A stretch of 64,000 nucleotides of DNA from Candidatus Poribacteria bacterium (GCA_965198175.1 OZ240245.1:1856001-1920000); one strand, 5' to 3'. Positions 51,084-61,315 are shown, counted from the first letter of the stretch. The notes: generated from the sequence alone by a model not told the origin. Numbers and translations are program-made.

Positions 51084-52484
51084 ATGACACAACGCCATTT
51101 CACAATTGGAATTATTACCTTTCTTGTTCTGTTTACGGCGATCGGTGCTAACGCCGCTGTAGACTCCAGAGGAGAAATTAACGTCGAGGGCGACAATCAA
51201 GGACGTGCACCGGCAAGTTCGACAGTTACGTTAATTGTAGCCCTTACCATTGATCGGTCGCTCGCCGAACCCGGCAGAGAAGATATCAAGACAATAGAAA
51301 TCAGATTGGTACAAACAGTGAAGTTCTGGGAGACAGAATTCCGCTTCGTGGCTCGAGATGGCAAGCCAATCGCTGTAGAACCAGCGGTCACAGGTAATAT
51401 CTTGCGAGTTGTTCTCACCAATCCAATTACGGATCTGAGTAACGCATTCTACGAAATTGTCTTCGACAGCAGAACTCCTGAAACTACGGGACGAGCCGAT
51501 TTTAATGTGCGACTCAGAAATAAGGAAGATCGCCCGATTGGCGAATCTATCAAACCGGGCAATGTAGACGGAAAATCAAATAATAATGACTTCTCCCTGC
51601 AGGTTATTCCCAACGTTCCTCCTGACCCCGTACAGGGGTTTGCTGTTGAGATGGATTCAACGGGTGAGAACGATGTGATTATCAGATGGCACAAGTCGGC
51701 TGATTCGGATGTCAATGGCTATTTCATTTATCGTGACGCGGATCCGCCAATCAACGTCGAACCCCCATCTGCAACGGTTTTTCAGGATGTGAATGTTCCT
51801 CTAGGAACGCACAGCTATACCATCACAGCCTACAAGACACCGCTCTTGCAATCCACTCGTTCCGAGCCCATCTTCGTTAATGTTCACCAAGATACAGCTT
51901 CGCCAGAACCACCTGTGGGCGTTACGATTAATGCGGTTGGTGGTCGGATTGAGGTGACGTGGGACAGCAGCCCAACTCGCGATGTTGCGGAATATCAACT
52001 CCTTTTCTGGAGGTTGGGAGAGCTTCCCCGACCTTTAGTGGACGAGGAAGGAAATGAGGTGAGAAAGATACCTGCCGATGAATCTCGCGAATTTATTGAT
52101 GGGCGAGCGCTCGGCGTTGGGGTCTTTATCTACGCTGTCGAAGCGATCGACGAAGCGGGCAACAGGTCAGAACAGACCTCTCAAACCCTGCGGATTCTCG
52201 GCGAACCGTTTCCCAATCCCTTTACTCCTCTTTCGAGCAATGCCGATTTCAACCGTGTCGTGTTTCCCGCCCGTGCCATTGAAGATGCTGAAGGGGAGTT
52301 CACCGTCCTAATTTTCGACATCAACGGCGGGGTTGTCAGAGAACTGAAAGGAGATGCGGGCGCACGCGAGCTAGTTTGGAACGGCGAGGATGAGGATGGC
52401 AACGTCGTCGAAAGCGGTGTTTACGTTTATCAGATGCAAGTCGGTGAAAGCTTCAAAACGGGCACAGTAATCGTGGCAAAGTAG
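51084..52484 (+). CDS. Secreted fibronectin type III protein with an FlgD-like C-terminal domain
   Basis: Signal peptide; W..S.D.DV.GY.IYR and YAVEAIDEAGNRS FN3 motifs; FPNPFTP...IFDINGGVVREL...WNGEDEDG..VESGVYVY. Confidence 0.8.
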   Translation: MTQRHFTIGIITFLVLFTAIGANAAVDSRGEINVEGDNQGRAPASSTVTLIVALTIDRSLAEPGREDIKTIEIRLVQTVKFWETEFRFVARDGKPIAVEPAVTGNILRVVLTNPITDLSNAFYEIVFDSRTPETTGRADFNVRLRNKEDRPIGESIKPGNVDGKSNNNDFSLQVIPNVPPDPVQGFAVEMDSTGENDVIIRWHKSADSDVNGYFIYRDADPPINVEPPSATVFQDVNVPLGTHSYTITAYKTPLLQSTRSEPIFVNVHQDTASPEPPVGVTINAVGGRIEVTWDSSPTRDVAEYQLLFWRLGELPRPLVDEEGNEVRKIPADESREFIDGRALGVGVFIYAVEAIDEAGNRSEQTSQTLRILGEPFPNPFTPLSSNADFNRVVFPARAIEDAEGEFTVLIFDINGGVVRELKGDAGARELVWNGEDEDGNVVESGVYVYQMQVGESFKTGTVIVAK

Positions 52485-52494
52485 AAAGTACTAC

Positions 52495-52563
52495 GATTAA
52501 CCGAGTGGATAGCGAGGGCGATAGTTCTGATCGGTAAAGGCTATCGCCTTCGCTATCTACTCG
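52495..52563 (+). repeat. Hairpin formed by two inverted, diverged copies of the 30-bp repeat
   Basis: 23-bp stem 52502-52524 / 52541-52563 with two G:T(U) pairs. Confidence 0.85.
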
Positions 52564-52609
52564 ATCTATTGATAGCAGGACCAATTCACTTTAAGGAGAT
52601 ACTTTATAA

Positions 52610-53110
52610 ATGGCAACTCCAGATACACCTCTACCAGGCATCACTTGGCTATACTTTGTGCTAATTACCGTCTTATCATGGGGACTTTATGGTGTTTTTC
52701 TTCATACCGGTCAGACATCTATGGGCGACCCAAGCAATGGACGCTACAAAGCATTTCTCTTCGTTGGGGGCGCTTATGTATTAATAGCAGTTGTGGCGCC
52801 GACAGTCATGTTAATCACCAACGGCGCTTCATGGAGCTTTCCGGTAAAAGGTATGGTCTGGTCAACCCTTGCAGGTCTCGTTGGAGCAGTGGGGGCGTTC
52901 TGCGTCTTATTGGCGTTTGGGGCGAGAGGGATACCGAGCGTAGTGATGTCTATCATTTTTGCCGGTGCGCCGATTGTCAATGCAATTGCTGCGATGGTGA
53001 TGCACCCACCCGCCGGTGGACTGAGTTCGCTGCGTTGGCAATTTATTCTCGGTATCCTGTTGGCAGCGTTCGGCGGTTGTCTCGTGACCCTTTTTAGACC
53101 TGAGTCGTAA
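52610..53110 (+). CDS. Small integral membrane protein (EamA/DMT-like)
   Basis: About five hydrophobic helices; LSWGLYG, GAPIVN; AAGGAG RBS. Confidence 0.7.
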   Translation: MATPDTPLPGITWLYFVLITVLSWGLYGVFLHTGQTSMGDPSNGRYKAFLFVGGAYVLIAVVAPTVMLITNGASWSFPVKGMVWSTLAGLVGAVGAFCVLLAFGARGIPSVVMSIIFAGAPIVNAIAAMVMHPPAGGLSSLRWQFILGILLAAFGGCLVTLFRPES

Positions 53111-53112
53111 GC

Positions 53113-53235
53113 GATCAAGCGAACGAATAGTGAGCGCGATAGTACTAACCGACAGACAGGTACAATCTCAAGCGACAGGATAGTGACCACGATAGTCTTC
53201 GAAAGCTATCGCAGTCGCTATTCGTCTTTTTATCC
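53113..53235. repeat. Three further copies of the 30-bp repeat (two direct, one inverted)
   Basis: 53113-53142 GATCAAGCGAACGAATAGTGAGCGCGATAG; 53166-53195; inverted 53206-53235. Confidence 0.8.
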
Positions 53236-53303
53236 CTCCTTATTCAGTCGGTTGATGGCATCAGATACTTACGAATGGTTATTTAAGGCTTTAGGAGATT
53301 ACC

Positions 53304-54554
53304 ATGTTGGAACTCATCGCTAGTTTGTTGGAGAGGTCAGGCATAAACGCCGCGGCAGCGGATATTCTGGCAAGAGGTGCGATCATTGCGCTTATAATCG
53401 TTCTCAGTGTGCTTACCAACTTTCTGGTTAAACGACCGATTCTGGCTTTCTTGACCAATCTGATTGCTCGCACGCATACGAAGTGGGATGACACTTTTCT
53501 TGAGAAAAAGGTTCTGAACCAACTTGCCCATCTCGGACCTGCGCTGGTGATTTACGTCATGGCGCCGCTAGCATTAGAGGGAAATGAATGGGCGATAGAT
53601 CATACTACCGATGCAGTGCAGATCTATATGATTCTTATCGGGAGCCTAGTCATCAATGCGTTTCTCAATGCTGTTCTTGAAATCTACCGAACCTTCGACG
53701 TTTCCAGAGAAATCCCAATCAAGGGTTTTGTCCAAGTCGCAAAGATAGTCATCTATTTCGTCGGCGGTATTTTCGTCGTTTGCATCATAATGGACAAAAC
53801 ACCGCTCTTTTTTCTCAGCGGACTCGGCGCGTTGACCGCTATACTCTTGCTGGTTTTCAAAGACACCATTCTGGGATTCGTCGCCGGCATACAATTGATT
53901 ACCAATAAGATGCTATCGCCGGGGGATTGGATTGAAATGCCCAAGTACGGCGCGGATGGCGACGTGCTGGATGTTGCCTTAACAACAGTCAAAGTTCAGA
54001 ATTGGGACAAAACGATTACGACAATTCCGACCTATGCACTGATTAGCAATTCTTTTAAAAACTGGCGAGGTATGGAAGAGTCCGGTGGGCGCCGAATCAA
54101 GCGGTCGGTATATATTGATGTCAATACGATTAAGCTGTGCACAGAGGAGATGCTGAAGCGTTTTTCCAAAATACAATACATTTCGGAATATATCGAAAGG
54201 AAAAAGGCAGAGGTCATTGCGTATAACGCGGCATCTCACGTTGATGAGACGAGCGTTGTGAACGGGAGACGGCTCTCCAACATTGGGACATTTCGTGCGT
54301 ATGTCATCGCCTATTTGAAGAACCACCCGATGATAAATCAAGACATGACCTTTCTTGTCCGCCAGTTGGCGCCCACAGAACACGGTCTGCCCCTCGAAAT
54401 TTACGTGTTCTGCAAAGACAAGGTCTGGGCAAACTACGAAGCGATTCAGGCAGATATATTTGATCACATTCTGGCGGTCGTGCCTGAATTTGATTTGAGA
54501 GTCTTTCAACATCCGACAGGAAGTGATTTCAAGGAATTCGCCAGGGAGAAATGA
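53304..54554 (+). CDS. ybdG: Mechanosensitive channel, MscS family (YbdG-like)
   Basis: FKDTILGFVAGIQL, GDWIEMPKYGADGDV, VKVQNWDKTITTIPTY, FKNWRGMEESGGRRIKR, YEAIQADIFDH. Confidence 0.88.
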   Translation: MLELIASLLERSGINAAAADILARGAIIALIIVLSVLTNFLVKRPILAFLTNLIARTHTKWDDTFLEKKVLNQLAHLGPALVIYVMAPLALEGNEWAIDHTTDAVQIYMILIGSLVINAFLNAVLEIYRTFDVSREIPIKGFVQVAKIVIYFVGGIFVVCIIMDKTPLFFLSGLGALTAILLLVFKDTILGFVAGIQLITNKMLSPGDWIEMPKYGADGDVLDVALTTVKVQNWDKTITTIPTYALISNSFKNWRGMEESGGRRIKRSVYIDVNTIKLCTEEMLKRFSKIQYISEYIERKKAEVIAYNAASHVDETSVVNGRRLSNIGTFRAYVIAYLKNHPMINQDMTFLVRQLAPTEHGLPLEIYVFCKDKVWANYEAIQADIFDHILAVVPEFDLRVFQHPTGSDFKEFAREK

Positions 54555-54585
54555 GGCACGCCCATAACTCACCAGAGCACAAATC

Positions 54586-55020
54586 ATGCCATACGAATAC
54601 CACACAAAACGAAGAATAGAGTTCTCTGACACCGACATGGCTGGAATTGTTCACTTTTCCCGGTTCTTTGTCTTCATGGAAGCCGCGGAGCACGGATTCT
54701 TACGTTCGTTGGGTACGAGCGTTACTACGGAATGGAATGGCGACATAATCAGTTGGCCAAGGTTAGCAGCATCATGTGAATATCTCAACCCAGCGAAATT
54801 TGAAGATGAACTGAATATCCATCTGACGGTTCGGAGAAAAGGGACTAAATCCCTAACCTACCAGTTTGTTTTTACGAAGGGCGATGCGGAAATCGCTCGG
54901 GGAAAATTGTCCGCTGCGTGCTGCATCTGTAACCCCGGAGAAAAGGTGCGCGCTATCCCGATACCGGACTTTATCGCGGATCGGATTGAAGAAGCCCCAC
55001 ACATCGATATCGACGGTTGA
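54586..55020 (+). CDS. Acyl-CoA thioesterase (4HBT/YbgC hotdog fold)
   Basis: IEFSDTDMAGIVHF...FMEAAE. Confidence 0.88.
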   Translation: MPYEYHTKRRIEFSDTDMAGIVHFSRFFVFMEAAEHGFLRSLGTSVTTEWNGDIISWPRLAASCEYLNPAKFEDELNIHLTVRRKGTKSLTYQFVFTKGDAEIARGKLSAACCICNPGEKVRAIPIPDFIADRIEEAPHIDIDG

Positions 55021-55056
55021 CGCTCAACTAGGAATTCAACATCGAAAGGCTGACCT

Positions 55057-55740
55057 ATGGCGACATCAGATTCAACCTCACTCAAAGTCTCGGAAGTCTA
55101 TAAAAACTTCGGGCGTGAACAGTGTACAGTCGAGGTGCTTCGCGGTGTTTCGCTTGAAATGAGTGAGGGACAATCTCTTGCAATAACCGGTCCCTCTGGC
55201 TCTGGGAAAAGTACGTTGCTTCACCTGATCGGCACATTAGACAAACCGTCATCGGGAACAATCAAAATCAACGATAAAGACCCGTTTGCGATGCCTGAGC
55301 CGCAACTCGCCAAATTCCGGAATCAGGTGATTGGCTTCATCTTTCAAGACCACCATCTGTTGCCGCAGTATTCCGTCTTGGAAAATGTACTCATTCCCAC
55401 CATGGCTTTCAAGCGTCACAACGGCGACGCTGAGAAGCGAGCGCAAGGATTGCTGGAAAGCGTCGGACTTGCTCACCGACTGAGCCATCGCCCTGCTGAA
55501 CTTTCCGGAGGGGAATGTCAGCGCGTAGCTGTAGCACGCGCTCTAATTAATCGTCCGAGCCTTCTCCTCTGCGACGAACCCACGGGAAATCTCGACCGTT
55601 CTACGGCGGAAACGGTTGCTTCGCTCCTATTTGAACTTCACCAAGATGAACGAAATATCCTGATTGTCGTAACACACAGCTTCGAACTTGCAAGTCGACT
55701 TGGACGCCACCTTGAATTGGTAAATGGTACAATTGTATAG
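55057..55740 (+). CDS. ABC transporter ATP-binding protein (LolD/MacB-like)
   Basis: GPSGSGKST, GFIFQ, LSGGECQRVAVARA, CDEPTGNLD, VTH. Confidence 0.93.
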   Translation: MATSDSTSLKVSEVYKNFGREQCTVEVLRGVSLEMSEGQSLAITGPSGSGKSTLLHLIGTLDKPSSGTIKINDKDPFAMPEPQLAKFRNQVIGFIFQDHHLLPQYSVLENVLIPTMAFKRHNGDAEKRAQGLLESVGLAHRLSHRPAELSGGECQRVAVARALINRPSLLLCDEPTGNLDRSTAETVASLLFELHQDERNILIVVTHSFELASRLGRHLELVNGTIV

Positions 55741-55782
55741 GAGTAAACCAAATTCGATTGAAATTAATTTGGAGGGTTCGCC

Positions 55783-57513
55783 GTGTCTGTAGATCGTTTG
55801 ATTCTATGCGATTTTTCCTTTCAACAGCCGAGCGGCGAGACGCTGTTGGATACGTCCCCTAATCAGAATCACGGTCAAATTCATAATGCGACGTGGGAAA
55901 CGGTCAATTCGCATGAGTACAGCTTGTCATTCGATGGTTCAGGTTTCGTGCGAGTGCCGCACCATGAATGCCTGAACCCGTTCGAACCCTTCACAATTGA
56001 GGTCTGGGCAAAGGGAACCGGGTCCCCACTCAGTTGGCGGGAGATGACCACCGGAGACCCACCGACCCGGGATCTCTATTTTCAAGTCGTTGGCGAACGT
56101 ATCTACTTCGCGACGAATACGGATATTCCCCATCCTGAAAAGCGTCGCCGCATCGCACATCATCTGATTACCGGCTCGATTGATACCAATGGGGAAAACT
56201 GGACAATACGGGAGCATCAGGTGACTCCTTTTTTCCCAATCGAGCCGAAGATGCAGGTCGTCGGCGATCAGATCTATTATAACTTCTTCGCTCTTGACCA
56301 CTCACGACCAGATGTCACTGGGACTCGTTCAATTGGGGAATTCTACACAGCACGTTCAAATCTGGACGGGAGCGATTTTCATGCGACGCCGCGATTAACG
56401 CCTGAAGAATTCGGACGACGTACTGAACAGAGTGGCTTACAGGTCCTTGGCGAACGTATTTACCACGCCTTTGTGAAGATGGATCAACACGGGAAATGGC
56501 AGATGTGGACAGCGCAGTCGAATCTAGACGAGAGCGGCTGGCAAACCGTTCAGCGAACAACAGATGGCGGTTGGATTCCGCGGTTTCAAGCGACAACTGA
56601 TGGTATTTACTACTACTACGGTCGTTATTATAAGACACACCCGCAGGATACCTTCTACATCGCAAAATCGGACTTTGACGGGCGCGATTGGCAGGTGATT
56701 GCTAAGTTTCACGATGAATTCGCTCGTCCGTTGGGTCGGTTTCTCGTCGCAAACGGATGGATTTATGTGACATACACTGCGCTTGACTACGACAGAATTG
56801 CCCGATTTTACACCGGACGCCTTGATGTCAATGGTCAGCGGCGTCAGTTTATCAAGCGAACCGACCATTTGACCGATGCCGGTCCCGGACACATCCGCAT
56901 CATGGGAGATCGCCTTTATTACTGCTATGCGAAGCACAAAACATCCGATACACCCACGCAGTTTTGGCTTGCAGAATCCAATCTAGATGGCGGAAATTGG
57001 GGGATAGAACCAATCACCAACCCCAATGTCCGCCATCTCATGAATTACGGTGCCTTCCAGATGGTCGGCGGAAGAACTTACTGGTCAGCCAACCGTGCAC
57101 CCGATCTCTATTATGATCAGCGAGTCCTTTTCGGAACGTCGGGTTCGAACCTCGTTAACAAGGACGGTGCATTCGGGATTGGTTTGACTGAAAAACAGCG
57201 TGCAAGAGCGTTCATTAACTGTGGGCAGGGATATTTACAGCGCGGAGAGACGATGGATGGTTACTACCGTCACGTGATTGAGACGGAAGTTGATGACGAT
57301 TGGCATGCTTATGTAATGTCGTTTGACGGAAGCACATTGACGTTTTGCATGGACGGCGACGTTGTTGGAAAGAGATTGGTTGATGTCTCTGTTGAGATGA
57401 ATGCGGCGCCAATGGTAATCGGCGAGGGTTTCGTCGGAAACATTGCGCGGCTGTCTATCCGAAAAGGAGTGGACGTTAGGAAATTCTCGAAACCCCTGTT
57501 GAGATGGACTTGA
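55783..57513 (+). CDS. LamG-like jellyroll interrupted by a beta-propeller repeat domain
   Basis: N-part DTSPNQNHGQIHNATW..SLSFDG..FTIEVWAK; C-part WHAYVMSFDGSTL..MDG..PMVIG..FVGNI; middle repeats ARSNLDGS/AQSNLDES/AKSDFDG/AESNLDG; GGAGG RBS. Confidence 0.7.
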   Translation: MSVDRLILCDFSFQQPSGETLLDTSPNQNHGQIHNATWETVNSHEYSLSFDGSGFVRVPHHECLNPFEPFTIEVWAKGTGSPLSWREMTTGDPPTRDLYFQVVGERIYFATNTDIPHPEKRRRIAHHLITGSIDTNGENWTIREHQVTPFFPIEPKMQVVGDQIYYNFFALDHSRPDVTGTRSIGEFYTARSNLDGSDFHATPRLTPEEFGRRTEQSGLQVLGERIYHAFVKMDQHGKWQMWTAQSNLDESGWQTVQRTTDGGWIPRFQATTDGIYYYYGRYYKTHPQDTFYIAKSDFDGRDWQVIAKFHDEFARPLGRFLVANGWIYVTYTALDYDRIARFYTGRLDVNGQRRQFIKRTDHLTDAGPGHIRIMGDRLYYCYAKHKTSDTPTQFWLAESNLDGGNWGIEPITNPNVRHLMNYGAFQMVGGRTYWSANRAPDLYYDQRVLFGTSGSNLVNKDGAFGIGLTEKQRARAFINCGQGYLQRGETMDGYYRHVIETEVDDDWHAYVMSFDGSTLTFCMDGDVVGKRLVDVSVEMNAAPMVIGEGFVGNIARLSIRKGVDVRKFSKPLLRWT

Positions 57514-57567
57514 AATGTTCGTCAAATGGAAATTGTATAATTCAGAATTTCTAAAATACCTATTCTC

Positions 57568-60500
57568 ATGTATCGAAGTTTAATCCATTTCTGGCGAATC
57601 CACATTGCTGTATTGCTCGGTACAGCGGTAGCGACAGCGGTTCTCACCGGTGCGCTTCTCGTCGGCGATTCCGTTCGAGGTAGTTTACGAGATTTAACGG
57701 TCGATCGATTGGGTCGCATTGATTATGCGTTGGTATCAGAGCAGTTCTTTCGAGAAGAACTGGCGGCAAATTTATTGAACGCACCAGCGCTTGCGAATCA
57801 ATTTGAAGACGCAGTACCCGCCATTCTTCTGGGTGGGACCGCTATTAACACCGACACCCGTGCCCACGCGTCTCGCGTCCAGATTCAGGGAATCGACGAA
57901 GGATTTTTGAACTTATGGTCGGACTCTGAAACAGCCAATCTGGACGACTTTCTGGCAAAACAACCAAGGCAATCTTTCCCGTCAGTCATCATTAATCAAT
58001 CCCTCCAGAAGGAATTAAACGTCCGGGTTGGAGCGTCCCTCCTGATCTCTTTTGAAAGGCAGGGCGATATCCATCGTGAGTTTTTACTTGGTCGCCGCGA
58101 TTCCTCCGATGTCGTGCAAACCCTCCGATTCACTATTACGAAAATTATCCCCGATCGAGGTATCGGTAGATTCAGCCTACGTTCCAACCAAAACCTCCCA
58201 CTGAATGCCTATGTCCATCTACCTATTTTACAAAAAGCAATTAGACAAAAGGAACGGGTAAACGCGGTCTTCGTCTCTCAGTCGTCTCATTCGCCGGACC
58301 TGACAAATGATGTCATAAAGTCCCTACAAAACAGATTGCATCAGGTTTTGAAACTGGAAGACCTTAACCTGATGCTGCGGCAGGGGTACGGTTACTTTTC
58401 CCTCGAAAGCAAGCAGTTCCTGCTCAAACCGAACGTCATTGAGGTCGCTAAAGCGGCTGCGATTGAGAGACAGATGCCGTTTCTTCCTATCCTGACCTAC
58501 TTAGCAAATACCATCGCAACGGATGAGCGGTGGATTCCGTATTCGACGATTTCAGCGTTAGATCCGGAACGCGCCGTATCTCTCCGATTAAGGGGCGGTT
58601 CACCGGCGCCCGCACTTGAAGAGGATGAGATTCTTATCAATGAGTGGGCTGCCGAGGACCTAGCCGCAAAGGTCGGGGACCAGATCAACGTGAGCTATTA
58701 CGTTATAGGACCTCGGGAAGAGCTATTAACGCAACACGCCCAATTCCGTCTGAAAGGTGTTCTCGCTTTGGAAGGCTTAGCAGCAGATCGGGAATTGACC
58801 CCAAATTTCCCGGGTGTCCACGACGCAGATGATATGTCTGACTGGAACGCTCCGTTTCCAATCAATTTGAGCCAAATCCGTTCCCAGGATGAAATTTACT
58901 GGGATCTATACCGTGCCACCCCGAAGGCATTTGTTTCAGAAGAAACAGGACAGCGGTTGTGGCGAAGCCGATTTGGAAGTTTGACCGCTATGTGGATTAT
59001 GCCCGCTTCCAGTGGCGATATTCAGCAAACCAAAGCAGATTTTCAAAAGGGATTATTGGAAAAGATTTGCCCCGAACAGGTCGGTTTCCTGTTCCAGCCG
59101 GTCAAAGCCCAGGGCTTAAAAGCCGCCACGGGCGCCACAGACTTTAGCATGCTATTTATCGGGTTTAGTCTGTTTCTCATCGTGTCCGCAGTCCTTTTGG
59201 TGGGTTTGCTATTCAGGCTGGGTGTTGAAGGACGGGTGGGTGAGATAGGGCTGCTGTTGTCTTCGGGCTATCCTATCTCCACCATCCGTTTGCGCTTTAT
59301 TAAAGAGGGTTGCCTGCTCGCCGGAGTTGGCGGTGTGATAGGTCTCGGAGGCGCTGCCATTTACGCATGGCTCTTGATGGTTGGTCTACGAAGCTGGTGG
59401 TTGGCGGCGGTGGGTACGCCTTTTCTGGTACTTCACATCAACCCGTTGAGTTTGGGGCTTGGTTACTTCATCGCCATCATCGTAGTTCTACTTTCAATCG
59501 GGTGGACGGTTCGAAAATTCGGTAAATCGCCAGTTCGCGCTCTGCTTGCGGGCGACACCATCTTGGAACACAAGACCGCTGGACGTTTCGCACCGATTTT
59601 CGCCTTCGCTAGCTTGGGGCTCGCCGCGGGCTTGATTTTATTTGCGCTTGTTTCTGGAAAGACATCCTCTGCGCCGCTATTTTTCGGAAGCGGCGCACTT
59701 TTACTCGCTGCGGGGCTGGCTTTCTTCTCAATATGGCTCCGAACTCCCTCTAATTCTCTATTTCGTAGCCAAACACGGAGAATTGTGCAAATGGGCGCAA
59801 GAAATAGTGCACGCCACAAGGGGCGCAGTATGCTCTGCGCGGCGCTGGTTGGCTGCGCCTGCTTTGTGATTGTTGCTGCCGGCGCCAATCGTCACAGCGG
59901 TACTGAACATGATTCATTGCTGCAGAAGGAATCAGGAACTGGCGGATTTGCACTGACTGCGGAATCAGATGTCCCATTGCATCACAACTTAAATTCCGAA
60001 AAGGGGCGGTTTGAACTTGGGTTCTCTGAATCTGACGCTGCGATTGTAAATCAGTCCGAGATTATCCAGTTCCGAGTTCTGCCGGGAGAGGATATTAGTT
60101 GTCTCAACCTCTACCAACCTAGAAAACCTCGCATCTTGGGTGTTCCCGGCGAGTTAATCGAACGCGGCGGGTTTCAGTTCCAGGGGGCATTGACAACGAC
60201 TCCTGAGGACAGTGCAAATCCGTGGCGCATGCTTGAAGTTGAGGATGAATCCGGCGTGATTCCAGCCATCGGCGATTACAACTCTGTCCTCTGGATTTTG
60301 CATCTCGGACTTGGTGAGGATCTTATCGTTCAGAATGAATTTGGAGAAGCGTTAACGCTTCGTTTGGTGGGGCTTTTGCGAAGCAGCATCTTTCAAAGCG
60401 AGCTGTTGATTTCTGAAGCCAATTTCAAGAAACACTTCCCAAGTCAAAGCGGATATTCGTATTTCTTAATCCAACCCCCTTCAGAAAAAGGTGCCGTCTT

Positions 60501-60999
60501 TGAGCCTAGCGAAGGACCTGAAGAAATGGCGCAAATCTTGGAGTACACGTTGAGCGATTACGGCTTTGATGTTACCTCGACGACCGAAAAACTAGCCAAC
60601 TATCGTGCTGTTGAAAACACATATCTCTCCACCTTCCAAACACTTGGTGGGCTTGGACTGCTTCTTGGAACATTGGGGTTAGGGGTTGTTTTGCTGAGAA
60701 ACGTAATTGAACGGAGGGGCGAACTGGCGACCTTGCGTGCGTTCGGTTTTCGCCGATCGACATTATCGTTAATGCTTCTGGCGGAAAATGGATTTCTCCT
60801 TGTGGTAAGTATGCTGGTTGGCAGTTTTTCCGCAATTGTAGCCGTGTCTCCACACGTTATCGCCCCAGGCGCACATATTCCTTGGCTTTCGCTTGCAATC
60901 ACTTTAATTGCTGTGTTTCTCGTTGGAATCGTTGCAAGCGCCGTATCAGTTTTCTTTGCACTGCGAACACCGCTGCTGCCTATGCTTAAAGCAGAGTAG
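57568..60999 (+). CDS. Large duplicated FtsX-type ABC permease
   Basis: AVLTGALLVGDSVRGSLRDL, EGRVGEIGLLLSSGY, ERRGELATLRAFGF. Confidence 0.88.
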   Translation: MYRSLIHFWRIHIAVLLGTAVATAVLTGALLVGDSVRGSLRDLTVDRLGRIDYALVSEQFFREELAANLLNAPALANQFEDAVPAILLGGTAINTDTRAHASRVQIQGIDEGFLNLWSDSETANLDDFLAKQPRQSFPSVIINQSLQKELNVRVGASLLISFERQGDIHREFLLGRRDSSDVVQTLRFTITKIIPDRGIGRFSLRSNQNLPLNAYVHLPILQKAIRQKERVNAVFVSQSSHSPDLTNDVIKSLQNRLHQVLKLEDLNLMLRQGYGYFSLESKQFLLKPNVIEVAKAAAIERQMPFLPILTYLANTIATDERWIPYSTISALDPERAVSLRLRGGSPAPALEEDEILINEWAAEDLAAKVGDQINVSYYVIGPREELLTQHAQFRLKGVLALEGLAADRELTPNFPGVHDADDMSDWNAPFPINLSQIRSQDEIYWDLYRATPKAFVSEETGQRLWRSRFGSLTAMWIMPASSGDIQQTKADFQKGLLEKICPEQVGFLFQPVKAQGLKAATGATDFSMLFIGFSLFLIVSAVLLVGLLFRLGVEGRVGEIGLLLSSGYPISTIRLRFIKEGCLLAGVGGVIGLGGAAIYAWLLMVGLRSWWLAAVGTPFLVLHINPLSLGLGYFIAIIVVLLSIGWTVRKFGKSPVRALLAGDTILEHKTAGRFAPIFAFASLGLAAGLILFALVSGKTSSAPLFFGSGALLLAAGLAFFSIWLRTPSNSLFRSQTRRIVQMGARNSARHKGRSMLCAALVGCACFVIVAAGANRHSGTEHDSLLQKESGTGGFALTAESDVPLHHNLNSEKGRFELGFSESDAAIVNQSEIIQFRVLPGEDISCLNLYQPRKPRILGVPGELIERGGFQFQGALTTTPEDSANPWRMLEVEDESGVIPAIGDYNSVLWILHLGLGEDLIVQNEFGEALTLRLVGLLRSSIFQSELLISEANFKKHFPSQSGYSYFLIQPPSEKGAVFEPSEGPEEMAQILEYTLSDYGFDVTSTTEKLANYRAVENTYLSTFQTLGGLGLLLGTLGLGVVLLRNVIERRGELATLRAFGFRRSTLSLMLLAENGFLLVVSMLVGSFSAIVAVSPHVIAPGAHIPWLSLAITLIAVFLVGIVASAVSVFFALRTPLLPMLKAE

Positions 61000-61099
61000 A
61001 TGGGGAAAAATGGGCGTGAACGCTGACCGGTGAGAATCGCTTAGGGGTCAACCTCTGAACCCTCAAAGCACCAGGGCGCCGCTTGGAACAGATTTTCGG

Positions 61100-61128
61100 T
61101 TGACACCAAATGGATTTTGGTGTACTAT
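61100..61128 (+). promoter_or_regulatory. Near-consensus sigma70 promoter overlapped by an operator-like palindrome
   Basis: TTGACA-17 nt-TACTAT; ACACCAAA-N5-TTTGGTGT at 61103-61123. Confidence 0.7.
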
Positions 61129-61315
61129 GAGTTCATCTCCCATTAAGAGAATGACATGTAATGAGCATTTGGTGTACACAGCCCGATATGTTAACCGAGA
61201 CGCAGCGTTGGCTACCCCTTCCCCCGAATTTCTCACCAAACCCATCCGTCCCAAGTATCAATGAAAAAAATCACACCTTCTCTTGACGTTTCTGTGTCAA
61301 GTGATTTGAAAGGAG

